A stretch of DNA of 64,000 bases from an uncultured Desulfospira sp. (GCA_963663165.1 OY760175.1:2336001-2400000); one strand, 5' to 3'; counted from the first letter of the stretch, positions 17,934-29,181 are shown. Notes: generated from the letters alone by a model not told the origin. A program made the numbers and translations.

Positions 17934-18048
17934 TTGACCTTGGGTAAAGGGTTGACTATTATCATTTGGATTTGATGAGTGTTTGAACGGCACTGCCGGG
18001 CGGTCCAAACACGGGTTACGTTTAGGCACTGTATTGGGAATGAAATCT

Positions 18049-18219
18049 ATGAATGCTTTATTGATATTTGTTGTCCGGCTGATCCTGGGACTGGTATTCG
18101 GTATCATTTTGACCCGGCTGTTCAGGCCGGACTGGGGGATCTACCACGGTGTCGTTACCGGGATTATCCTCACGGCACTGGCATACGGCATGAGTTATCT
18201 CAAAAAACGCAATTCATAG
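18049..18219 (+). CDS. Small two-TM membrane protein
   Basis: Two hydrophobic helices and a basic C-terminus, directly upstream of selB. Confidence 0.6.
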   Translation: MNALLIFVVRLILGLVFGIILTRLFRPDWGIYHGVVTGIILTALAYGMSYLKKRNS

Positions 18220-18253
18220 TATTTGATTTTTTTTGGTTTCAAAGGGGACCCTT

Positions 18254-20167
18254 GTGGAGAACATCATCTTAGGAACTGCCGGACACATTGACCACGGCAA
18301 AACCAGCCTGGTCAAAGCCCTTACCGGCATTGAAACCGACCGTTTAAAAGAAGAAAAGGAAAGGGGCATCACCATTGAGCTCGGGTTTGCCAGCCTGGAC
18401 CTTTCCAACGGAAAACATATTGGCATTGTGGACATGCCGGGCCATGAAAAGTTCGTTAAAAACATGGTGGCCGGATCCAGCGGGATTGACCTGGTCACTA
18501 TGGTCATTGCCGCCGATGAGGGGGTCATGCCCCAGACCCGGGAACACCTTGAGATCTGCAATCTCATGGGAATTGAATACGGGATGATCGCTTTGACCAA
18601 AATCGATATGGTGGATGAGGACCTGCTTGAACTTGCCATGGAAGATATTTCCGATTTTGTAAAGGGAACCTTCCTGGAAGACAAACCGGTTGTCCCGGTT
18701 TCTTCGGCCACCGGCCAGGGTCTTCCTGAGTTTGTGTCCACCCTTGAGTCCATTTGCAGCCAGCTGCCGGAACGAAAATTTTCTCCCATTTTCAGGCTTC
18801 CCGTGGACCGGGTTTTTTCCATGAAAGGGTTTGGCACGGTCATTACAGGGACCCTGATTTCCGGAAAGGTGAGCGTGGGAGAAGACATCATGGTCTTTCC
18901 CAAACGGATCACCTCCAAGGTCAGGGGAATCCAGGTTCACTCAAACGGCGTGGAAACCGCCGGCCCCGGCACCCGGACCGCCATCAATTTCCAGGGCCTT
19001 GACAAAGAGGCCGTTACCCGGGGGGATATCCTGTCCAGCCCCAACACCCTGATTGAAAGCTATATGGTAGATGCCAGCTTTCTCTACCTGAAAAGCAACA
19101 CCAAGCCCGTCAAAACAAGGACACGGATCCGGTTCCATTCGGGCACCAGCGAAATTTTAGGATACCTTATTCTTCTGGACAGGGATGAACTGTTGCCCGG
19201 AGATGAAGCCCCGGTCCAGTTTAGGCTCGAATCTCCGGTCTGCTGCATCAAGGATGACCGGTACGTGATCCGCAGTTATTCACCCATCCGGACCATTGGC
19301 GGCGGTGCTGTCCTCAACCCGGTGTCCCGGAAATATAAACTCAATGACCAGGCTGTGATAAACGGCCTTAAAGAACTGCTCCCAGGAGACCCTGAGCAGA
19401 CCATTTTGTTTTTTCTGTCCCTTAAAGGGGTTACGGGAATCTCCTTTGGCGAGCTTCGGGTCATGACCAATATTGCCGATAAGCCCCTGGCAGCGCTTCT
19501 CCAAAAACTCCAGGCCCGGCAGGATATTGTTCAAATCGACAAGGAACGCCAGGTTTACGTCAGCGGTTCGATTTTTGAAAATTTTAAAGAAAAAGTCATC
19601 AAAAAAATCCAGGACTTTCATGAAGCCAACCCCCTGAAAGAAGGCATGCCCACCCAGGAATTAAAATCCAAATTCCAGTATATCCAGGACCCCAAGTTTT
19701 TTAACATTCTCTTTGCCCGGCTGGCCAAGGATGAGGCCATTGTTCAAGATAAAAACCTGGTTAAACTGGCCGGTTTCAAAGTGGCCCTGAAGGTGGACCA
19801 GCACGAAATCAAGGACAAAATTATTCAGATTTATAAGGATTCCGGCCTCACCCCGCCCTTTTTCAGAACCATCTGCCAGGACCTTGACCTGGATGAAAAA
19901 ACAGCCAAGGGGGTGCTTCACATGCTGATCGAAGAAAACGCCATTGTAAAGACCAAAGATGACCTCTACTTTGACGCCAAAATCATTGGAGACCTTGAAG
20001 CCAAAGTGATTGATTTTTTAAAAGCCAACGAACAGATGTCCACCCCTGATTTCAAAGACATGACCGGCATTTCCCGGAAGTTTATTATTCCCTTGATTGA
20101 GTATTTTGATTCTACCCGGCTGACCATCAGGGTCGGAGATGTCCGGCAGCTAAGACGCAAACTCTAA
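18254..20167 (+). CDS. selB: Selenocysteine-specific elongation factor
   Basis: [30 protein letters not shown] and C-terminal [16 protein letters not shown] start at 18254. Confidence 0.97.
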   Translation: MENIILGTAGHIDHGKTSLVKALTGIETDRLKEEKERGITIELGFASLDLSNGKHIGIVDMPGHEKFVKNMVAGSSGIDLVTMVIAADEGVMPQTREHLEICNLMGIEYGMIALTKIDMVDEDLLELAMEDISDFVKGTFLEDKPVVPVSSATGQGLPEFVSTLESICSQLPERKFSPIFRLPVDRVFSMKGFGTVITGTLISGKVSVGEDIMVFPKRITSKVRGIQVHSNGVETAGPGTRTAINFQGLDKEAVTRGDILSSPNTLIESYMVDASFLYLKSNTKPVKTRTRIRFHSGTSEILGYLILLDRDELLPGDEAPVQFRLESPVCCIKDDRYVIRSYSPIRTIGGGAVLNPVSRKYKLNDQAVINGLKELLPGDPEQTILFFLSLKGVTGISFGELRVMTNIADKPLAALLQKLQARQDIVQIDKERQVYVSGSIFENFKEKVIKKIQDFHEANPLKEGMPTQELKSKFQYIQDPKFFNILFARLAKDEAIVQDKNLVKLAGFKVALKVDQHEIKDKIIQIYKDSGLTPPFFRTICQDLDLDEKTAKGVLHMLIEENAIVKTKDDLYFDAKIIGDLEAKVIDFLKANEQMSTPDFKDMTGISRKFIIPLIEYFDSTRLTIRVGDVRQLRRKL

Positions 20168-20225
20168 TGTTTGGCTCACAAATTTGTGAGCCAAAGCGCA
20201 CTTGATGGGTTATCTAACCAAACAC
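20168..20225. repeat. Perfect 26 bp palindrome within a MITE-like remnant
   Basis: TTTGGCTCACAAATTTGTGAGCCAAA (20170-20195), with outer TGTTTGG...CCAAACA. Confidence 0.55.
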
Positions 20226-20469
20226 ACTTCTTGCTCAAAAAACTTATGAATTTTACCATTGCGGCATCAGGGGGAGATGTTGATGCCGGCCCTTACATAA
20301 TCCAAATTATTTTAACACGTTCTATCCGTTAAACCCCTTATCCTGAGGGGAAACAAAAGTTTTGCAAACCATTTTCTAATCCTTTCTTAACCATTTCTTA
20401 AAACATTAGGTATAAGACAAGAAACATTCTTTTAGTGACTTTCATGAACTTAACTGAACAGGATGCTTT

Positions 20470-21276
20470 ATGGAAAAAAATTCACCTTTTCGGATAGAGG
20501 TCTTTAACCGGCCGGGGCAGCGTCTCATGGACACCGAACTTCAAGTCCTGGTCCGTGACATCCAGAAAATTGCCGGCTCATGCTTTAAGAAACTTCCCCC
20601 CTACCAGGCCATGGTGGGAACCAGGGAAGAACTGTCGGACAAACTCATCAGTGTGGCCTGGAATGAAGACAGCACCCCTTGCGGATTCTGCTCCATGGTT
20701 TTCCTTCCGGTTGAAGGCGTCGGCGATGTCCTGCATTTGGGACTGACCTGTGTAACGCCTGAATCCCGGGGCCGGAAACTGACCCACCTGCTGGTTAAAA
20801 AAGCGCTCACCAGCTACCTGTTCAGACAGAATCCCTTTGGCCGGATCTGGGTCAGCAACTGTGCCGCTGTGTTGAGCAGCCTTGGCAATGTGGCCATGCA
20901 CTTTGAAAATGTCTACCCCTCTCCTTTTTATCTGAAGCGGCCCAATAAACACCACCTGACGATTGCCAAAGCCATTGATGAACGGTTCAGGGACAAAATG
21001 TATGTGCTTTCCGATGCGGTCCTGGATGAAGACCGGTTTATTTTCAAAGGAAGCGTCAAGGACACGGTCTTTCACAAAGAAAAAGGCGATTTCCAGTACT
21101 ATCACCGAAAAAGCTATTTAAACCGGTTTTATTCCGGACTGATGGATTTCAGCCAGGGAGATGAGGTCCTCCAGATTGGCTATTTCAGGCTGGCATCCAT
21201 CCTCAAATACTATCTGCGTCAGCATAGGATCAAAAGACTTAACCATATGGAGAGACCCGTCATTGAATCGGTCTGA
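20470..21276 (+). CDS. Hypothetical protein, possible GNAT-fold acyltransferase
   Basis: LHLGLTCVTPESRGRKL resembles GNAT motif A. Confidence 0.55.
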   Translation: MEKNSPFRIEVFNRPGQRLMDTELQVLVRDIQKIAGSCFKKLPPYQAMVGTREELSDKLISVAWNEDSTPCGFCSMVFLPVEGVGDVLHLGLTCVTPESRGRKLTHLLVKKALTSYLFRQNPFGRIWVSNCAAVLSSLGNVAMHFENVYPSPFYLKRPNKHHLTIAKAIDERFRDKMYVLSDAVLDEDRFIFKGSVKDTVFHKEKGDFQYYHRKSYLNRFYSGLMDFSQGDEVLQIGYFRLASILKYYLRQHRIKRLNHMERPVIESV

Positions 21277-22015
21277 CAGGATTCTTTTTCTGCGGCCTTA
21301 TCTTCGCCTGATCCGGGTGCTTGCCCTGACCGTTTTTCATGTGGCCGGTGTTGTTGCCGCCACTGTCTTTAAAGGGTGGGACCCGTCCCGGGTAGCCGGT
21401 CAGGCAAAGGGATGGGCCGCTGATCTGGTGAACCGGCTCCATATTGACATCCAGATGGAAGGCAGGTTCCCTGACCACGGGGTCCTGGTGGTCTCCAACC
21501 ACCGGTCCTATCTGGACATTGTGGTGATCCTGTCTCAGATTGAATCCGCCTTTCTGGCCAAAACAGAGTTGCGCAAATGGCCGGTTTTCGGTTACGCCGC
21601 CATGAAGGGCAATACCGTCTTTGTCGACCGTTCCAGCCGCGACAGCCGGAAAGCGGCAAGAAAACAAATCCTGGACCGGCTCAACCAGGGCATTTCAGTG
21701 GTGGTGTTTCCCGAAGGGACAACCAGTGCAGGCCCCGGCCTCCTTGCACTTAAAAACGGTATTTTTGACATCACAGCTGAAAAAAACATCCCCGTGGTCC
21801 CGGTTGCGGTCTTTTATGAAAATAAAAATGCCGCATGGATAGATGACGACACCTTTGTCCGCCATTTCCTGGACATTTTCAAAACCAAACCCTTAAAAAG
21901 CCATCTTATCATCGGCCCCGTCCTAACAAAGACCAATGCCGCAGATCTCAAGGCCTCCTGTTATCATTTCATTGAACAGGCCCTGGCATCAACAGACAAC
22001 AGCCCTGCCGTATAG
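21263..22015 (+). CDS. Lysophospholipid acyltransferase (PlsC family)
   Basis: NHRSYLD (HxxxxD), FVDR and VFPEGTT. TTG start inferred from SD GGAG. Confidence 0.9.
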   Translation: MNRSDRILFLRPYLRLIRVLALTVFHVAGVVAATVFKGWDPSRVAGQAKGWAADLVNRLHIDIQMEGRFPDHGVLVVSNHRSYLDIVVILSQIESAFLAKTELRKWPVFGYAAMKGNTVFVDRSSRDSRKAARKQILDRLNQGISVVVFPEGTTSAGPGLLALKNGIFDITAEKNIPVVPVAVFYENKNAAWIDDDTFVRHFLDIFKTKPLKSHLIIGPVLTKTNAADLKASCYHFIEQALASTDNSPAV

Positions 22016-22735
22016 AATTTCACATCTGCCTGGTAGAAACCATCCCTGAAAATTTAATCTCCAGTTGGCCGGAAACCAACTCCGGTCATCGGCGACTTCC
22101 GGTCGAAAGGCATGCTGCAGCAAGCATACCGGATGCTATTTCAACGCACAGCAGTGAAATAAAAGTGATTCCTTTCCTTTTCGATGTTCTTAAATACAAA
22201 GAGAAGGACAAAGCCCGCCGATATAAATGGATAACCGCTTCCCTCAACAAAAGGCATAGGGGGCTTCCAAAATGCCGTATCCGGCCCGGCCTGTTGAAAA
22301 GTGACTATTTATAGACGTCGCTTTTTGGGATTTCATCAGATACAGGAGTTTAATATATTAAATTTACTGGTGGCGTTTCCAGGCAGGCACAATATCTGGT
22401 GGTTGGATAATTTCAGAAAAATCGTTCAATCATACTATTATGTGGGGTTCCAATTTACTTCACTCACCAGAAAATTGACAGTAAAAAGTAGTCCATGTTT
22501 TGTGTTAATTGTAGCGGCTCGGAATAATTCTCTCCAGGCTCTATTTATACGTTAATAAGATTTCAAAATCTGTCAGAAAAATACAGTTGACCGAGAAGCC
22601 ATTTCGTTAATCATATCAGCATATTACCATCTATTAAGATTTGGTTCGGCCAGTAATTTTTCTTGACATTATAAAAACCTAAAGATACATGAACAAATGT
22701 CCGTAATATTAATCTCAATTATTTAGGATGCTATC

Positions 22736-23287
22736 ATGAAAATTCCCCGATTATTCATAATTTTTTGTGTATCATTTTTAAGTCTTATTTATACGAACAA
22801 GGGATTCTGTGGTCTCGTTTTAACGGATGGCGAATCTTATACTTTCGAATTCACGTCTTTGCCTTATGGTTCGGAGTATATGGAAGAATATTTTATTTAT
22901 GCTTTGATCCGAGTCTCATCAACGACCCCTGATACACCTCAGTTTATGTTTTCCGTTTATGAGGACTCTTTGGGGCAGTCGCCAATTAAATCAAGTTTGA
23001 GCAGTGTTGATCCAGAATTTGGCGTGCAGAGTATTGGGTATTTTGATAGACCTGAATCATCACCATGGCAGGACTTACAAGGCGTTTTTTGTATAGACGT
23101 CATCGAAGGGACAATAGAAATTGAATCGATCACCGCAGCGGCAATCATTAATGATGTTCTCTATCAACAAGTGTTTCCTGTCCCAATTTCAAGTTCTTGT
23201 TCAATTCTTTTATCGGGAATTCTTGTTATTGTTTTGATCCGATGTAAAAGAAACAAATCTGATTATAATAAATCCATCCCTTGTTAA
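22736..23287 (+). CDS. Exported protein with PEP-CTERM/VPLPA-like sorting tail
   Basis: Signal peptide and C-terminal VPISSSCSILLSGILVIVLIRCKR. Confidence 0.6.
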   Translation: MKIPRLFIIFCVSFLSLIYTNKGFCGLVLTDGESYTFEFTSLPYGSEYMEEYFIYALIRVSSTTPDTPQFMFSVYEDSLGQSPIKSSLSSVDPEFGVQSIGYFDRPESSPWQDLQGVFCIDVIEGTIEIESITAAAIINDVLYQQVFPVPISSSCSILLSGILVIVLIRCKRNKSDYNKSIPC

Positions 23288-23303
23288 TTAAGGAAATCTG
23301 ATC

Positions 23304-25811
23304 ATGAATTCCAACACTCTGAAATGGTTGTGTATCTGTCTTGTGTTTTCGTTAAATGGGATACTATTTGCTAAAACGGCGAATGCTCTCCCACGCCTTG
23401 ATTTCCCGCCTCCAAATATTTTCATTTATTCTTTTCCAGCTCCAGAGTTTGATTCTGAAAGCGGATTGGTGAAAGGAGAAATTGTTTTAAAAAATACTGG
23501 AGGAAATTATATTGGAGCCTTTCCAATTTCAGTTTGGATTGAAGGACTTGAATCGCAAACCAAGGTATCCGTATGGGTAAACAACATGTCCGGATATGGA
23601 TATACCAGAAGTTTTTCCTACCATTTTAATTGCAATACCGGAATGTATATACTTAACCGGTCATACTGGGTAATGGCTAAAATAGATAACGGCACTTCTC
23701 TCAGAAGTAATGGTTCTTTCCAATATTCAACCCCTGATTACTATAAACCGAACCTAACTTTTGATTTCAGTGATCAAGAAGCTAATGGGTATGTTTTTGA
23801 CTCCGTGACGAATGAAATCTCTTTTTCAAATGCAATTATCAATAAGGGAACATGGGAAGCGGATTTATTTACAGTGACTTGGTATTTTTCCGAAGATGAA
23901 ACTATAGATACCAATGACTTTGAAATTGGTTCGTATACGATTTCTGAAGGATTGTCCGCCTTAAGCCCGTCATATGCATTGTCAGATGTCACTTTCGATT
24001 TGGATAATCTATCAGGATTGACTCCTGGGAATTATTATGTCGGAATTATTATTGATTCCAATGAGGATGTAGCCGAAAGCTGGGAGGATGATAATACAAG
24101 TTATTTTTCGGGCTTTTTCGTTTGGGGCGGGGCAACAGGTCCTGCAAATTTGACGTTTAGCACAATAGAGACAGAACATAGCTGGAGTTATAACACAACT
24201 ACTCATGAATTATATTTAAGAAATACAATTGAAAATACGGGCTCTTTTCAATCTGGTGAATTTAGGGTCAGACGATATTTATACTCATCAGATGTTGGAT
24301 ATATCCTATACGACAGTGAGATAATAGAAGAGTTGTTACCTTCGGGAAAACAGCCGCTAATCAATACAGTTGATCTTGACGAAATTAGCGGTCTGCCTAA
24401 CGGATCGTATTCCATAGTTGTTTTTATAGACGATCAGGAGGTCATTGATGAAACAGATGAAACAGATAACTTTGGTTCATTTGTGGCCGAAGGTGATTCT
24501 ATGTTTGTTTATAACAACAGCTTAAAAGCAAACTTAGGCTTCTACTCAAATTCTGATCAAGGCATTTACAATTCCATGGCATACTATCCTGAAAATCATT
24601 TCATTTATTTTCGCAGCGGAATTGGCAACTATGGCCAGACAGCAGCCCCATCCTTCAAAGTAGGCTATTACCTTTCTGAAGACACAGTGATAGATCCTAA
24701 TGAAGATTATTTTCTATTTTATTGGCTTTTACCAAATGGACTTTTAGGAGGTAGCGCATCTGGTTCAGATATTATTACAAGAAGTTTGGATGTTTATGCC
24801 CCTGATCTTCCAGTTGGCACCTATTATTTTGGTATGTATATTGATCCTGAATTCGCAGTGGATGAATATGATGAATTGCTTAGTGATAATAGTGCCTATT
24901 TTGGGGATTTGAGCCAAATAATCGAATGGACTGGGCCTTATTGCGATGGGGATTTTGAACCCGACGGAGATGTTGACGGATCAGATTTAGAGGTTTTTAT
25001 TACCGAATACAGTGCTGGTTCCTACCAGGCAGAGCATATCCCGATATTTACCCAGAACTTTGGAAAAAACAACTGTGCTACGCTTCCTGTTGGAACTGAA
25101 TCTGCCCAACAAAGCACTTCTTCCGTAATTCCGGCTGAGACGGTAAATAGCCAACTGCTTGGAGAGGTTTCATCAAACTTAGAATTAAGCGTTCAAACTG
25201 TTTTGCAAACAAAAGAGCCCTTAATAGTTTCGACGGCTTCAAAAGAAGCCGACATGAGCTGGCCACTAATTGAAGATTACGCTCCCAGTTCAGAAACAGT
25301 CCAAGCAGAAACTCAAGAAAAGGAAAGGACTCCAGATGAGTTCGTCATTAAAGAAATAAGCTGGAGTGCTTCCAACAACCAGGATGGAGTTGTATCCGGT
25401 GAATTGGAATGGCAGATTAACGAAATCAATCTTGAGTTAGGCACAAATATCATAAATTTAATTGTTACAGATGCCCTCGGCAACATAGCCGAAAAAGAAA
25501 TACAAGTGGTTTACAATGAAATTTTGACAGAAGATGGAACAACAAGACTGCCGGAACAATGGACCCGCAGGCTGACGTATGAATTCAACTTTGACGAAAC
25601 AGATTCCGAGGATACTACGATAACAGCGGCAGATGTAACCATCTGGCTCTGGCCAGATAAGATAATCATGACCGATGATTATTTAAACTCTGATGACCTG
25701 GGTAGTAATCGGATCACGACAGAGGATGGATTTCAATATCACTGGAGCATGGAGTGTGATGGGCTCAATAAGAAAATTCTCTATTTAGATCTTCCTTCAG
25801 AGTTGCTTTGA
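23304..25811 (+). CDS. Large secreted protein with CARDB-like repeats and an EF-hand/dockerin-like motif
   Basis: Signal peptide; repeated PNL...NxG...F.V.YYLS.D...YY.G...D....V.E..E..N units; GDFEPDGDVDGSDL. Confidence 0.75.
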   Translation: MNSNTLKWLCICLVFSLNGILFAKTANALPRLDFPPPNIFIYSFPAPEFDSESGLVKGEIVLKNTGGNYIGAFPISVWIEGLESQTKVSVWVNNMSGYGYTRSFSYHFNCNTGMYILNRSYWVMAKIDNGTSLRSNGSFQYSTPDYYKPNLTFDFSDQEANGYVFDSVTNEISFSNAIINKGTWEADLFTVTWYFSEDETIDTNDFEIGSYTISEGLSALSPSYALSDVTFDLDNLSGLTPGNYYVGIIIDSNEDVAESWEDDNTSYFSGFFVWGGATGPANLTFSTIETEHSWSYNTTTHELYLRNTIENTGSFQSGEFRVRRYLYSSDVGYILYDSEIIEELLPSGKQPLINTVDLDEISGLPNGSYSIVVFIDDQEVIDETDETDNFGSFVAEGDSMFVYNNSLKANLGFYSNSDQGIYNSMAYYPENHFIYFRSGIGNYGQTAAPSFKVGYYLSEDTVIDPNEDYFLFYWLLPNGLLGGSASGSDIITRSLDVYAPDLPVGTYYFGMYIDPEFAVDEYDELLSDNSAYFGDLSQIIEWTGPYCDGDFEPDGDVDGSDLEVFITEYSAGSYQAEHIPIFTQNFGKNNCATLPVGTESAQQSTSSVIPAETVNSQLLGEVSSNLELSVQTVLQTKEPLIVSTASKEADMSWPLIEDYAPSSETVQAETQEKERTPDEFVIKEISWSASNNQDGVVSGELEWQINEINLELGTNIINLIVTDALGNIAEKEIQVVYNEILTEDGTTRLPEQWTRRLTYEFNFDETDSEDTTITAADVTIWLWPDKIIMTDDYLNSDDLGSNRITTEDGFQYHWSMECDGLNKKILYLDLPSELL

Positions 25812-26177
25812 TAGTTTGTCTTTGGTGATTAAAAATTGATTACATAGGAATTTTGGGATAATCTCAACAAACGGTAGTTTGATGGGACAGTTTTAGGAAT
25901 TGGCAACCCAGGACTATTAATGCTTGCTTTTCAAGGAACGGTGTCGGACCCCACATCTTGTGTCCCACCGTTTTTTTGTGCATGAAGGATTATAGAACAT
26001 AAAATTAACTGAGTGTACATGGTATGTAACCGGGCGATTTAAACAATAGGGGTCCTCACCAATAACAGAACAATTGCCCCTTATATAGATCAGCCAACAC
26101 GCATGGCAAAACAGATGGTCAAGGGGGCATGGCGTATATGCCTATAGCCGTGACAAGGCAATTGCTGGAGCTGCTCA

Positions 26178-27164
26178 ATGAAAATTTTAATTGTTAAACT
26201 TGGTGCCTTAGGGGACGTGATCAACACCCTGCCCCTGGCCTGTGCCCTAAAACAGATTCCCGGGTGTACCATTGACTGGCTGGTGGCCCCCTTGTCCCTG
26301 CCCCTGGTTGCGTCCCACAGGGCCGTGGACAAGGTCATTGTGTTCCGGCGTACCGCAAAGTCCGCCCTTGAGGCCGTTACAGCCCTTCGAAAGACCCGGT
26401 ATGACCTGGTTCTCGACCTTCAGCGAATACTAAAATCCGGGCTGTTTACCCTGGCGGCCCGGGCGGACAGGCGGATCGGGTTTGACCGGGAACGGTGCAA
26501 GGAGATGACCTGGCTTTTCCCCTTTGAACGGATCCGGGCAAAGGACCCCGGAGCCCACATGCTGGATCAGTACCTGGAATTTGCCAGCCATCTGGGGCTT
26601 AACCCCGGGGTTCCGGTCTGGGATATCCCAAGGACCGCCCTCCCCTATAAAGGCCTTCCCGACGCTTATGTGGTGTTGAATATCGGGGCCACCAAACCGG
26701 CCAATCTCTGGGATACGGAAAAATTCAGCAAACTGGCTCAAAAAATTCAAACGGTTCTTGATCTTCCCTGCCTGATCACCGGCGGTCCTGAAGATGGCCC
26801 CAGGGCCCAACAGATACTCGCCGACTGTCCGGCACAGGTCATGGATCTGACCGGAAAGACCAGCATTCCCGAACTTATAGAAGTTATTGGCAATGCCAAA
26901 GCCGTTGTCAGCTGCGACACCGGCCCCATGCACCTGGCCGCGGCCCTCAATGTCCCCCTTGTGGCGCTTTTCGGGCCGTCAAACCCCCGCCGGACCGGCC
27001 CTTACCGGGGAACGGTTATCCGGCAGCCGGTAAGCTGTTCTCCATGCAACCTTAAACACTGCACCGCACCGGTCTGCATGGATGCCATTACTCCGGATAT
27101 GGTATTGGGACAACTGGCAACAGAAATAGGAAAGACATCCCTTTTACCGGAGAGCCGCTGTTAA
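26178..27164 (+). CDS. GT9 LPS heptosyltransferase
   Basis: KILIVKLGALGDVI...DTGPMHLAAAL...LFGP. Confidence 0.92.
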   Translation: MKILIVKLGALGDVINTLPLACALKQIPGCTIDWLVAPLSLPLVASHRAVDKVIVFRRTAKSALEAVTALRKTRYDLVLDLQRILKSGLFTLAARADRRIGFDRERCKEMTWLFPFERIRAKDPGAHMLDQYLEFASHLGLNPGVPVWDIPRTALPYKGLPDAYVVLNIGATKPANLWDTEKFSKLAQKIQTVLDLPCLITGGPEDGPRAQQILADCPAQVMDLTGKTSIPELIEVIGNAKAVVSCDTGPMHLAAALNVPLVALFGPSNPRRTGPYRGTVIRQPVSCSPCNLKHCTAPVCMDAITPDMVLGQLATEIGKTSLLPESRC

Positions 27165-27186
27165 TTCAAATTCAAGCATAACAAAA

Positions 27187-27918
27187 CTACCCCGCGCGGG
27201 GCAGAACAAAAAGGCGGCTTAGCAGTTTGGGCAGGCCGTGTTTGGCAACGGCCCGGTCCCACCGTTTCCGGTATCGACGGAACAAAGACAAGGGAGGAAA
27301 ACTTTTCAGACAGGCCTTGTCAAAATCAATGAGAAAAACCCCATCATCCTTTCCAATAAGAACGTTTCCCGGATGAAGGTCGGCGTGGACCATTTTATGT
27401 TTGACCAGAAGATCAACCTGTTCCATGACACGGGGCATGATCTGCCCGGCTTTTTCTTCATTGGCCAGGGACAGGGCCGCAAGGGTTTGCGCCTGTGGAA
27501 TCTGCCGGGTGACAAGCCAGCACCGGTACCAGAATCTTTCCTGCTCCACAACCCCAAGGGGTTCGGGAACCTTGATCCCCTTTTCCCGGGCAAGGGCAAG
27601 CATGACAAATTCCAGATGGGCCCGGCTTTTGCCCCAAGCCCTGAAATACCGGTCCCGGACAACGATCCGGAACAGTCCGCCGCGCAAAAACGGTTTGACC
27701 ACCACCGTCCCTTTTCCCGGAATGTCAAACAGCCTGACCTTAACCCTGCCGCCAAGCACGTTCCCGCCTTCAACCGGGCCGGCTTTGTCATTGTTACGCC
27801 CTTTTGAAAGGCCCGATAAAATCGGCCGGTAATCCTCCGGTTCCAATGGGCCGGACAATCCGACACGGAACCCGGGAAAGGATTGGCTCATTTGCAGACC
27901 TTTATCCATGGCCGCCAT
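27187..27918 (-). CDS. Kdo/LPS kinase (KdkA/WaaP family)
   Basis: VVKPFLRGG...SRAHLEF...HADLHPGNVL...IDFDKA. Start may be 27891. Confidence 0.85.
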   Translation of the reverse strand: MAAMDKGLQMSQSFPGFRVGLSGPLEPEDYRPILSGLSKGRNNDKAGPVEGGNVLGGRVKVRLFDIPGKGTVVVKPFLRGGLFRIVVRDRYFRAWGKSRAHLEFVMLALAREKGIKVPEPLGVVEQERFWYRCWLVTRQIPQAQTLAALSLANEEKAGQIMPRVMEQVDLLVKHKMVHADLHPGNVLIGKDDGVFLIDFDKACLKSFPPLSLFRRYRKRWDRAVAKHGLPKLLSRLFVLPRAG

Positions 27919-28927
27919 CCGAAAGTTTCATCACCTGCAGGCATGCGGCCAGAACCTTTTCGGCATCAATCTGCATACAGGCCTTGGTGCCGTTAGGGCA
28001 GGTTTTATGGCCATGGCGGCCGCAGGGCCGGCAGTCCAGATCCGCTTGTTCCACAATCCGCGCCAAAGGATTCTGCCAGGGGCCAAAGCCGAAGCCAGGA
28101 ATTGTGGAACAGAAAACAGCAACCATCGGCCGTTTCAGGGCTGACGCCATGTGCAGGGTCATGCTGTCATTGGTGACCACCAGGCAGGCCCGGCTCATGA
28201 GAAAAAGGGTCTCGGGAAGGGCAAGTCTGCCTGAAAAATCTGCGGCAGCGCCATTCTGGGCAATGTCCCGGCAGGTGCCGGTTTCATCGGGTCCACCCAC
28301 AAGAAGGACCCGGATTCCCATCTGATCCAGCAGGGTGGAAAGGCGGGCAAAGCCCTGCCAATGCCATTGTTTGGTTTCCCAGGCACTGCCCGGGGCCAGG
28401 ACCGCATAAGGTCCGGATTTCGAGACTTCATCCAGGACCGCCGGGGATACGGCGGATTCACCGGGGACAACCAGTCTCATTGCCGGCGCATCCTTGTATG
28501 GTTCAGGATAGGTTTGAACGAGAGAAAGGTTCCGTAAAACGGCATGCCCCTGTTCAAGGCGGTTGACCCGGCGGGTATAAAGAAAGGAAAGGCTGGCATC
28601 GGAGAATCCGATTCGCTCGGGGATTGAGGCCAGAAACAACACCAGCGAGGTCCGGTAAGACCGGTGCAGCGAGTAGACCAGGTCAAAGCGTTTTTTCTTT
28701 AGCTGGGCCGCTTTTTTCAGGATGCCGGCCAGCCCCTTTTCCCGGCCTCTCTTGTCAAATACAATCACCTCGGAAAGATCCGGGTCCAGTGCCATGAGAG
28801 GGGCGGCAAGGGGGGTGGTCATCAATGTCACCGACGCCCCGGGATGACGCTCATGGATGGCCCGGATGACCGGGGTCGAAAGAATCATGTCCCCCAAAAA
28901 ACTGCATTGTACCAATAATATGTTCAT
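27902..28927 (-). CDS. GT9 heptosyltransferase (WaaF-like)
   Basis: FLGDMIL...APGSAWETKQW...NDSMTLHMASAL...CRPCGRHG. Confidence 0.9.
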   Translation of the reverse strand: MNILLVQCSFLGDMILSTPVIRAIHERHPGASVTLMTTPLAAPLMALDPDLSEVIVFDKRGREKGLAGILKKAAQLKKKRFDLVYSLHRSYRTSLVLFLASIPERIGFSDASLSFLYTRRVNRLEQGHAVLRNLSLVQTYPEPYKDAPAMRLVVPGESAVSPAVLDEVSKSGPYAVLAPGSAWETKQWHWQGFARLSTLLDQMGIRVLLVGGPDETGTCRDIAQNGAAADFSGRLALPETLFLMSRACLVVTNDSMTLHMASALKRPMVAVFCSTIPGFGFGPWQNPLARIVEQADLDCRPCGRHGHKTCPNGTKACMQIDAEKVLAACLQVMKLSDGGHG

Positions 28928-29181
28928 TTTGCCGCAACCCTGTAGATTTCAAGATACCGGTCTTTGGTATGGTTGATGTCAATGGTCCCGATATCTGAAA
29001 GATCCTTCAGGGCCTTTGAAAGGCCCGAACATTTCCGGACCACCGCCGTCTGGCTCAAATATGGGGCAAGGGCTTTGACCGGAAGAAAGGTCTGTCTTTC
29101 ACCTCCCCTGAACCCTTTTCCCAGATTGATATGGCAAAGGTGGATGGGGTTGGGTATGGGCTCGCGGATGGGCTTATTCAA
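28924..29181 (-). pseudogene. GT4 glycosyltransferase relic with large internal deletion
   Basis: N-terminal HINLGKGFRGGERQT joined to a C-terminal-like DINHTKDRYLEIY; only 85 aa. Confidence 0.6.

Noticed and set aside
22020..22560. Possible ncRNA or ORF 22301-22555
   Set aside because: No recognisable RNA family or protein motif, and no SD.
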